Program-made: the position numbers and the translations under genes
The notes under the pieces: generated by a model
The model's input: only the letters and a program-made list of their open reading frames with translations
Told to the model about the DNA's origin: nothing
The model's database searches: none
DNA from: Terriglobia bacterium
Lineage (GTDB): Bacteria > Acidobacteriota > Terriglobia > Bryobacterales > UBA6623
Assembly: GCA_009838515.1 (NCBI GenBank)
Contig: VXRL01000004.1
Location: 8,863-72,862 of the forward strand
DNA: 64,000 bases
Reading direction: 5' to 3'
Shown: positions 56,791 to 64,000 of the stretch, in pieces
Numbering within the stretch: the first letter of the stretch is position 1
Layout: every line of letters begins with the position of its first letter

Positions 56791-57828
56791 GTGCCGGACC
56801 GGGACGGATCACAAAGTGTCGCCGCGAGGCGGCAGGCCGCTGGCGCCCGTCGCGTAGCCTCCTTGAGGGTGCGCGGCGTCCGCGTTTCCGACGTCGTGCG
56901 TGTTGCGGCCGGGTTGGCCGTGTGGGGATTTGCGGGTCTGGCAGCGCCCGCGCCGGTTGCGGCCCAAGCCGCGGGCCGAGCTGAGGCTGGCGGCGCTCCG
57001 GCGATCGAGAAGTTGATCGACAGCGGGAGCCTCACCGAGGCGGCCGCGGCTCTGGAGACGCATATTGCCAGCTCGGGTCTGACAGCCCGGAATCTGCTGC
57101 TGCGCGGGCTCATCGCCTACAGGCACGGCCGGTACGAGGCGGCCTTGCCCGATCTGAAGCAGAGCTTTGCCCTCGACGAGCAGGATCCCGATACCAGCAA
57201 GGCCCTTGGCATGTGCTTGGTCAGGCTGGGGCGCGAGGATCTGGCCGACACCTTCTTCGAGATCGCGGTCAGGCTCGCGCCGGACGATGCGGTGGCCCAC
57301 TACTATCTCGGCTTGAACGCCTACACGACCAAGCGATTTGACGAGGCGAGGGAGGCCTTTCGCGAAGCGGTCCGCTTGCGTCCCGCGGCAGCGGAGAATC
57401 ATAGCTATCTGGGCAGGAGCTACGAAGCGCTGGGCCAGATCGACCGCGCCCGCGAGCACTACTTGATTGCGAGCGAGCTGAACCAGAAGCGCTCTCCGCC
57501 ATCCGCGGACCCGCCCCTGCTATTGGGGACTCTGCTGTTTCGCCAAGGCAGCCTTGACGAGGCCAGGCGCTACCTCAGACAAGCGCTCGAATACGACGAC
57601 TCGCAAGCGCTGCCCCATTACTGGCTTGGACTGCTCTTCGAGCGGGAGTCGGAACTCCGAGCGGCGGTCCGCGCCCTGGACCGCGCGGCGGCATTGGCCC
57701 CCACCGACCATCGCCCGCACTACGCATTGGCCCGGATTCACCGGCGGCTTGGCGACAGCACGCGGGCGGAAGAAGCGCTGAAGAGGTTTCGCGAACTCAG
57801 ACAGCGTTCGGAATCGGAGACCTTTTGA
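56791..57828 (+). CDS. TPR-repeat protein (secreted/periplasmic)
   Basis: It has a hydrophobic N-terminal segment (VAAGLAVWGFAGLAAPAPVAAQA) and several TPR units (AHYYLGLNAY.., NHSYLGRSYEALGQ.., PHYWLGLLFE..). The start is uncertain. Confidence 0.75.
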   Translation: MPDRDGSQSVAARRQAAGARRVASLRVRGVRVSDVVRVAAGLAVWGFAGLAAPAPVAAQAAGRAEAGGAPAIEKLIDSGSLTEAAAALETHIASSGLTARNLLLRGLIAYRHGRYEAALPDLKQSFALDEQDPDTSKALGMCLVRLGREDLADTFFEIAVRLAPDDAVAHYYLGLNAYTTKRFDEAREAFREAVRLRPAAAENHSYLGRSYEALGQIDRAREHYLIASELNQKRSPPSADPPLLLGTLLFRQGSLDEARRYLRQALEYDDSQALPHYWLGLLFERESELRAAVRALDRAAALAPTDHRPHYALARIHRRLGDSTRAEEALKRFRELRQRSESETF

Positions 57829-57914
57829 GGCCGGGCCGGGTTCGAGCTCGCGCTGCGGTCGGCTCGGCGCGGGGCGGGCGCAGCGAGCACCGCATCGTGG
57901 TTGCGATAGCCGGG

Positions 57915-59504
57915 CTACTCTTCGTCCTCGAGGCCAAAGCAGTACAGCGTCGATGAGAAGTCCACCGCGTATACCTGCCCGTCTGCGACCGCGATTCCGG
58001 TGAAGTGGCTCCAAGTGTCGATCGCATCCGGGCCGGAATCGAACAAGACCTTGCCAGTCTGAGCGTCCAAGGCCTGCAAGCGGGCGTTATCTTCGTGCTC
58101 GACCCGCTGGGAATCCTTCAACAGCTCTTCGGAATTGAATTCCCCGAACGGCATGATGCCCGCGTTGATCGATTGCCGCGCGTTCTCGCCGTTGGACAGC
58201 ACGAACACGACATCGTTCGCGATTGCCACCGGCTCGGGCACGGCCGAGTCGCTGCTGACCCACTCGGGCTTGAGGTACGGGTTGCCGGTGTCGGGATGGT
58301 CGGCTACGGTGAACGCCATCACGGAACCGTTCGGGTTCGGCCCGTTCGTGATGGGGAACTTGGGTGCCTGCACCGAGACCGGGCCCCACGTCGGAGCGTA
58401 GACCCAGACCCGCCCTTGGGAGTCCACATAACTTGAGAAGCCGCCCCACAGCCCCTTCGCTTCGAACCACTCGTCGTCGTTGGAGAGCAGCGGCGTCGTG
58501 TAGAGGTTGTCGTGGTGAGTCAAGCCGCCCATGTCCTTGGCGTCCATTAGGTAGAGCACGCCCTCCTTGCCGCCGATCACGACCAGTTCCCGGCCCTTGT
58601 AGTCGAGCACTAGGGCCGACGCCGTGATGTCGAAGTCCCGCTTCCAGACGTACTCCCAGTTGGTCGGCGTGTAGTAGTCCACCAGCTTGAGCGTGTCGGG
58701 GTCCAGGCGGAACATGGTATTGCCGAAAATGCGCAGGCCCGGGTTGTACGGCGCGTCCCCGGTCCCGGCATAGATCCCTCCGTCCTTGCCGATGGCGACG
58801 CCGGCCCGGCCCCACACGCCCGCGCCGTACTCGGGCGTGGAGCGCCAGACGCGGATCACGATGTTCTCCGGGTCCGAGACGTCAATCGAAGTCACGCCCG
58901 AGACGGCGTCGCCGCAGTTCTGCGAGATGGGCGTGTACAGCACGCCACCGATGCGGTTGAGGCTCCACGTCTTGGCAAACGCTGGCACCCATTGCTGGGC
59001 CCGGTACTTTTCCTTCCCCGTGGCGAGGTCGAGAGCGTACAGGCGGCCGTCTGTCGAGATCGCGTAGATCGTGTTCTTGGACCGGTCGACCGTGGGCGTG
59101 GCGTTGAGCCCCTTCGGGCAGAGCCACATGCCGGGAACCTTGTTCACCACGTCCGTCCGGAATTTCTTCTCCCAGACAATCTCGCCGCTGAGCGCGTCGA
59201 TCGCATAGAAGACATCGCCCGTGCCCGCGATGTAGACAAGGTCCTTGCGGGCGCGCCGCCCCTCGCCGACGCGCACGTCCGTAACCACGATGGGAGCGGT
59301 GAGCGCCGCCAGCGACTTTTCTTCGTTCTCGACCGAAGTCTTCCACTTCAGGACCATGTCTCCGACGTTGTCGCGGGTGAGCGTGACCTCGGAGCGCGCC
59401 CAGCCGCTGCGCCTGGCGTCGTACCCGAACGTGAGCCAATCGCCGGCCCAGGCGGGCGCTGCCGCGGCCAGCAGTGCGATCAGTAGAGTCTGGAGGTGTC
59501 TCAT
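57915..59504 (-). CDS. Secreted PQQ-like beta-propeller repeat protein
   Basis: Signal peptide MRHLQTLLIALLAAAAPAWA followed by GDWLTFGYDARRSGW. Recurrent ..(V/I)Y(A/I)....G.(L/V)YA(I/L)D..(S/T)G motifs are present. Length is 529 aa. Confidence 0.8.
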   Translation of the reverse strand: MRHLQTLLIALLAAAAPAWAGDWLTFGYDARRSGWARSEVTLTRDNVGDMVLKWKTSVENEEKSLAALTAPIVVTDVRVGEGRRARKDLVYIAGTGDVFYAIDALSGEIVWEKKFRTDVVNKVPGMWLCPKGLNATPTVDRSKNTIYAISTDGRLYALDLATGKEKYRAQQWVPAFAKTWSLNRIGGVLYTPISQNCGDAVSGVTSIDVSDPENIVIRVWRSTPEYGAGVWGRAGVAIGKDGGIYAGTGDAPYNPGLRIFGNTMFRLDPDTLKLVDYYTPTNWEYVWKRDFDITASALVLDYKGRELVVIGGKEGVLYLMDAKDMGGLTHHDNLYTTPLLSNDDEWFEAKGLWGGFSSYVDSQGRVWVYAPTWGPVSVQAPKFPITNGPNPNGSVMAFTVADHPDTGNPYLKPEWVSSDSAVPEPVAIANDVVFVLSNGENARQSINAGIMPFGEFNSEELLKDSQRVEHEDNARLQALDAQTGKVLFDSGPDAIDTWSHFTGIAVADGQVYAVDFSSTLYCFGLEDEE

Positions 59505-59515
59505 GATTGATGCTT

Positions 59516-60751
59516 CTATTGTGAATCACCGGGGAGCTCGTCTTCGCTACGGTCATGCGGCTGTGGCGAGCCGAGCAGGATACTCTGGTCGAGCTGCCTG
59601 CGCTCGTTCTGCAGGCGCCGGTACTCGGCCAGCTGGGCTCTTTGAGCGGACATGTCCCCCGCCTTGCGGTACGCGCGCGCCAGCTGGTAGCGCGAGCTGG
59701 CGTCCGTGGGATCCAGCTCGACCGCCCGTTCCAGCTCGCGAACCGCCTCGGCAGTGCGGTCGGTGTCAAGCAGCAGCGTGCCCAGGGCGACGCGGGCTTC
59801 GGCAAACTCCGGTCGCAGCTTGACCGCCCGCTGGTAGTAGCCCAGCGCCTCGTCCAGCTCCGACTTGGCGTGATGGATCTTGCCGGCCCGCAAGGCCGAG
59901 GCTGCATGGCTGGGATTGGCCGCGAGCTCTAGCTCGAACTGTTCGAGCGCGTCGTCGGCTTGGCTGGCGTCCCCTGCCTCAGCCAGCATAGCCTCGCCCA
60001 GGCGAAAGCGCAGGCCGGGACGTGTCGGCTCTCGTTCCAGGGCCCTGCGATATTCCATGATGGCCAAGTCGTAGTACTGGCGGCTCTCGTACGCCTCGCC
60101 CATGGCCTGGTGCGCCCACACCGATTGCGGCGCAACCCGCGCGATCTCGAAGGCGGCTTGCACGGCCACCTCGCGGTAGGTCCGGTTGGCATGAAACAGG
60201 ATCTCCGGATCGTCTGGATGGGCGATCTGCAGTTCCGCTGTCACCCTGGCGGCTTGCGCCGGCCGGCCCAGGCCCAGATAGCTGCGCACGAGCTCCAGTC
60301 CCGCCAGGCGCTTGACGCCCGGATAGTTGGGCGGGTTCGCGTAGCCCTCCTCCAATCCCGGCAGCGCCTCTCCGTAGCGGCCCAGCTCGGACAGGCAGAT
60401 GGCCAGCAGCACTCTTGCCGCCTGCAGGTCTGGATGCAGTTCCAAGGCCCGCTGGAAGGCCGGCGCAGAGCGGTCGCAGCGCCGGTTGAAGAATTGGCTC
60501 AGGCCGAGCTTGGCATGCAACTCGGCTGCTTCGGGCACCTCTCTCGCGAGTTCCTCGTAGGCAGCGGCCGCCGCGCCGTAGCGCTGCGCCGCGAAGTCCT
60601 GCTCGGCCGCTCGAAACCGCCGTAGTTGCGACTCGTCGAGCACGGCCTGCCCGAAGGCCGCGCAGACCGTCGCGAACATGAGTAAGCCCCGGACTCCCAA
60701 CGAGAGCCCGGGGCGATTGCGCCGATACGCGAGCCGGCTGCCGCAGGTCAA
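59516..60751 (-). CDS. TPR-repeat protein (secreted/periplasmic)
   Basis: TTG 60751 overlaps the upstream receptor stop (TTGA). Signal-like N-terminus ..GLLMFATVCAAFGQA. It has at least 8 TPR units. Confidence 0.8.
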   Translation of the reverse strand: MTCGSRLAYRRNRPGLSLGVRGLLMFATVCAAFGQAVLDESQLRRFRAAEQDFAAQRYGAAAAAYEELAREVPEAAELHAKLGLSQFFNRRCDRSAPAFQRALELHPDLQAARVLLAICLSELGRYGEALPGLEEGYANPPNYPGVKRLAGLELVRSYLGLGRPAQAARVTAELQIAHPDDPEILFHANRTYREVAVQAAFEIARVAPQSVWAHQAMGEAYESRQYYDLAIMEYRRALEREPTRPGLRFRLGEAMLAEAGDASQADDALEQFELELAANPSHAASALRAGKIHHAKSELDEALGYYQRAVKLRPEFAEARVALGTLLLDTDRTAEAVRELERAVELDPTDASSRYQLARAYRKAGDMSAQRAQLAEYRRLQNERRQLDQSILLGSPQPHDRSEDELPGDSQ

Positions 60752-63700
60752 AATTCGAACCGCAGCGAAGCCTGCATCACGCGCGGACCGCGCCCGGAAG
60801 TCACGCGTCCGAAATTGCCGTTGATCTGCGTGCCCGAAGCATCGAAGCGCGCTCCCGAATCCACCCCGTCGAACTGGGTGTGGTTGAACATGTTGTACGC
60901 TTCCATCGCGACACGAATGCGCACGCTCTCGCTGACCGGGATGTACTTGTAGACCGTGATGTCCCAGCTATGCAAGCCGGGCCCCCGGAATACGTCGCGG
61001 GGGGCGTTGCCGAAATCCCCGAATCCGGGACCCGCCACGGACTCGGTATTGAACCAGCGATCGAAGCTCTTGTTGGAGATGATCGGATTCGCCACCATGT
61101 TCGCCCGCGGGGCGTCGCCGCCGCCCCAGCGGTCGACACCGTCCGCGTAGCTCATGCCGATTCCGCGCGGGAATCCGCTCGCAGCGGTGATGATGCCGGC
61201 GATCTCCCAGTTGTGGAACACCGCCTCGGCCGCCGGGTTGCCGGCGAACATCGCAGCGTTGGGCACGCTCCACAGATAGTTGGCCACGAACATGTGGGTC
61301 TGGTCGAATTCCAGCTTGCCGTAATGATACGCCCTCGCCTCGCGGTACTGCGGCAGGCTGTCGCGATCATGATCGCCGAGGCCCATCGCCTTCGACCACG
61401 TGTAGGCGATGCCGTACTGGAAGTTGCGCGTGTAGCGCCGGTTCAGGCTGACCTGCAGGGCGTTGTAGTTGGAATAGCTGGTGTTCTCTTGGTAGTTGAT
61501 GCCTTGGTAGCCGCGGTACGGCCGCAGGAAGACATCCGGCAGCGGACGGCCCGTGGACGCGTCTTGGCTGGAATCGAGGAAGCGCGTTCCCGGCGGCAGC
61601 GTGTTGATCTCCCTGACCGCGTACAGCCGGTTGCCGCTATTGCCGACGTAGCTGACATCGAGCACGGTGCCACCGCCGATGTCTTGCTGGACGCCCAAGC
61701 TGTATTGGAAGATCCGTGGCGGATTGAATTCCGGTTGGAACGACTTCACGCTCGGCGGGAACAGGGCCTGCCCGGCGTTGAGGAACTCGTTCATGTTGCC
61801 GAAGTAGATCGTGGGGGATTCCAAGATCGGCGGCGAGGTGGTCACCGTCCACATGGATCCTTGCGCGCCCATGATCGATTGGGTCTGCACGGCGAACGAG
61901 CCGCGGATCGCCGTCTTGCCCTTGCCGAACGGATCGTAGGCGAAGCCGAGCCTCGGCTGAGGCTGGATTGCCGGGCGCTCGCGGTAGCCGTGCAGGTAGT
62001 CCGCGGAGCCGTCCCCGACGATCAGCCCGTTGAGGCGTTCGCCCTGGCCGGGGATCGTCGCCCCGATGTACGGTGTCGGGAATATGGTTTGCGTGAAGGG
62101 GTCGATGGCGACCCGGCCACCACCAGACGAGCGGAACGGTGCGTACAGGTGCGGCGCTGTCGGGGCATTGTAACGGCTGATCGCGAACGCCGATCCCTCG
62201 TCGTCGCGCAGCCGCCAAGGCGTGAAGCTCGAGAACCGGACGCCGATGTCAAGGGTAAGCTTGGGCGTGATCTTCCAAGTGTCCTGCACGAACCACTCGA
62301 CCGTGTACGAGGCGGCCAAGCCTTCGGTCTGGCCGCTCGACTCCGAATACGAGTAGAAGTCTCCCAACAGAGCGGTGGCGAAGGGGTGGTTCGAATCGAA
62401 CGGATTCAGGTTGCTGCGGCGAAAATCGAACGTTCCCATGTGGCCCGGATTGCTGGACCGCGGTCCCTCGCTGGCGTGGTTCAATTCCCAGTAGAAGCCG
62501 TACTTGATCGTATGGTCCCCCTTGAACCAGCTCATGTTGTTCGAAAGGACGATCCGCTCGTCGTGCGCCGCGATGGGCGTGCGCCGGTCATAGTCCACGC
62601 GCGGTCCGTTGGGCACGCCGCCGAAAGTCATCCTCGGGACGAGGTTCAGCGGATTTGCCGATGGGAACAGCTGCCCTAGGTCGGCGAGGCCCGGGTAGTT
62701 GTCCTTGCGCAGGTTCTCGAGCTGGAAGTCGTCGTTGAGGGCGCCGGACTCCCGGCTCAGGCCCAGCCCGAGGCGGAACTCGTTGACCAGTGTCGGCGAC
62801 AGGGTCTTGTTGTAGATGCCCTGCAGGTTCTTGTTGATGTACTCGTAGTGGTGCGCTTGCTTGAAGATGCTGTCGTTGAAGGCGTTGAACGCGACCGACT
62901 CTCGCTGGGCCTGGATGTCCGCGTTCCAGAAGCGCGGCCGGAACGTGATGCGGTCGTTCGGCGTCGGCACCCAGTCAACCTTGAACTGCCACTGGCCCTT
63001 CGGATGCGCCGACGGCGACAGCTCGGTGTAGTTGATTCCCTGTGAGGCGAACAGGCCCTGGTCCGTCGGATTGGGCATGAAGTTCAAGATGCCCTGCCCG
63101 GCCGCATGGATCCGGTGAGCGGGGAGGATGTTGCCCGGGAACTGCTCCCCGGTCATATGGTCAATGACCGGAATCAATGCCCCGTTCTGCTCCACGCTGT
63201 TCGAGAAATCTCCGACCCGCTCCATCGCCGTGGGCACCGTGGCGCGGTGCCGGCGGCTAGGCTTCTTGATCCGCCAGTCCTCGCGGCTGACGAAGAAGAA
63301 CATCTTGTCCTTCTTGACGGGGCCGCCGAGGACGCCGCCGATCGTGTCAAAGCGATACAGCGGCTTGGGCGAGCCGAAGCGGTTGTTGTCGAACGAGTTG
63401 GCGTTGAACACCTCGTTGCGCTTGAACCAATAGCCGGAGCCGTGAAACTCGTTCGTGCCCGACTTGGAGATGATATTGACCTGCGCGCCAGGCACGCGCC
63501 CATACTCTGCTTGATAGGCGGTCGACTTGACGCTCACCTCTTGGATCGCGTCCATGCTCACGGAGACGTGGAACGTCGTGGTGTCATCGATGTCGTTGCC
63601 CGGCATGCCGTCCAGCATGAAGTTGTTCCAGCCGTTCTTGGCGCCCGAGAAGTTGGGCGTGCGCGAGCCCCAGTTCCCTCCCAGCGCATCGCTGTTGGCA

Positions 63701-64000
63701 ACCTGGGCAACGCCGGGCAGCACCGTGAGCAGGGCCACGATGTCCCTGCCGCGCTGCATCAGCCCGTCCATCTGATTGCTGGTCAGCAGGGCGTTGACGC
63801 CCGCGGTGTCGGTTTCGACCGCTGCGCCCTCGGCCTGGACCGTGACCGTCTCGGTGACGGCGCCGATCGACAGCGGAATGTTGCCGACAGCCAAGGCTTG
63901 GTCGGCGCTGATGATGAGCCCCGTTTGTTCGTAGGACTGGAACCCTTCGGACTGCACGGTCAGCGCGTACGTGCCTGGAGGCAGCGCCGCGAAGACGAAA
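60748..64000 (-). CDS. Oar-like outer-membrane protein (CarboxypepD_reg + TonB-dependent receptor plug/barrel); its 5' end runs off the right edge
   Basis: The reading frame stays open upstream of the track start: FVFAALPPGTYALTVQSEGFQSYEQTG is the end of a carboxypeptidase-regulatory-like domain. The plug has MDAIQEVSVKSTAYQAEYGR. The long barrel ends ..MQASLRFEF. Confidence 0.88.
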   Translation of the reverse strand, partial: FVFAALPPGTYALTVQSEGFQSYEQTGLIISADQALAVGNIPLSIGAVTETVTVQAEGAAVETDTAGVNALLTSNQMDGLMQRGRDIVALLTVLPGVAQVANSDALGGNWGSRTPNFSGAKNGWNNFMLDGMPGNDIDDTTTFHVSVSMDAIQEVSVKSTAYQAEYGRVPGAQVNIISKSGTNEFHGSGYWFKRNEVFNANSFDNNRFGSPKPLYRFDTIGGVLGGPVKKDKMFFFVSREDWRIKKPSRRHRATVPTAMERVGDFSNSVEQNGALIPVIDHMTGEQFPGNILPAHRIHAAGQGILNFMPNPTDQGLFASQGINYTELSPSAHPKGQWQFKVDWVPTPNDRITFRPRFWNADIQAQRESVAFNAFNDSIFKQAHHYEYINKNLQGIYNKTLSPTLVNEFRLGLGLSRESGALNDDFQLENLRKDNYPGLADLGQLFPSANPLNLVPRMTFGGVPNGPRVDYDRRTPIAAHDERIVLSNNMSWFKGDHTIKYGFYWELNHASEGPRSSNPGHMGTFDFRRSNLNPFDSNHPFATALLGDFYSYSESSGQTEGLAASYTVEWFVQDTWKITPKLTLDIGVRFSSFTPWRLRDDEGSAFAISRYNAPTAPHLYAPFRSSGGGRVAIDPFTQTIFPTPYIGATIPGQGERLNGLIVGDGSADYLHGYRERPAIQPQPRLGFAYDPFGKGKTAIRGSFAVQTQSIMGAQGSMWTVTTSPPILESPTIYFGNMNEFLNAGQALFPPSVKSFQPEFNPPRIFQYSLGVQQDIGGGTVLDVSYVGNSGNRLYAVREINTLPPGTRFLDSSQDASTGRPLPDVFLRPYRGYQGINYQENTSYSNYNALQVSLNRRYTRNFQYGIAYTWSKAMGLGDHDRDSLPQYREARAYHYGKLEFDQTHMFVANYLWSVPNAAMFAGNPAAEAVFHNWEIAGIITAASGFPRGIGMSYADGVDRWGGGDAPRANMVANPIISNKSFDRWFNTESVAGPGFGDFGNAPRDVFRGPGLHSWDITVYKYIPVSESVRIRVAMEAYNMFNHTQFDGVDSGARFDASGTQINGNFGRVTSGRGPRVMQASLRFEF

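Noticed and set aside
1-64000. CRISPR arrays, IS elements, integrases, prophage genes, toxin-antitoxin pairs or recognisable defence-system genes.
   Set aside because: I saw no direct-repeat/spacer periodicity and no transposase, integrase, nuclease or NTPase signatures in any credible ORF. The window looks like core or accessory chromosome rather than a mobile island.

Overview
High-GC, gene-dense chromosomal segment with about 46 protein-coding genes on both strands and short intergenic gaps. By eye I found no rRNA, tRNA, CRISPR array, transposase, integrase or phage genes. The gene content points to an Acidobacteriota-like organism (inference only). Supporting this are a VWFA-type protein of the kind common in Acidobacteria, a subtilase with a Solibacter-type C-terminal domain, two carboxypeptidase-regulatory-domain/TonB-dependent 'Oar-like' outer-membrane proteins, and two DUF1592/DUF1552 gene pairs. 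Housekeeping genes: purE, pyrD, glpD, nth, and an mreB-mreC-mreD-mrdA-rodA block followed by an RNase E/G homologue. The rest is mostly a predicted secretome, with signal, Tat or lipoprotein N-termini. It includes a CE15-like esterase, a sulfatase, an alpha/beta hydrolase, a cyclase/formamidase-like lipoprotein, a 7xLysM lytic transglycosylase, an S8 protease, and TPR, ankyrin, beta-propeller and BON proteins. The best candidates for uncharacterised biology are: (i) the two translationally coupled DUF1592 (two CxxCH motifs) plus Tat-DUF1552 pairs, one followed by a secreted ankyrin protein and one by an Oar-like OM barrel; (ii) a secreted protein made only of four Cache-like modules with a strictly periodic cysteine pattern; (iii) a tight Oar-like-TBDR/TPR/beta-propeller operon; (iv) an RNase E/G with a ~300-aa charge-blocked disordered insertion inside its S1 region. 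Many long ORFs in the track are off-frame or antisense artefacts of high GC. Several track ORFs carry false N-terminal extensions, which I trimmed. All family calls rest on motif recognition by eye, not on searches.
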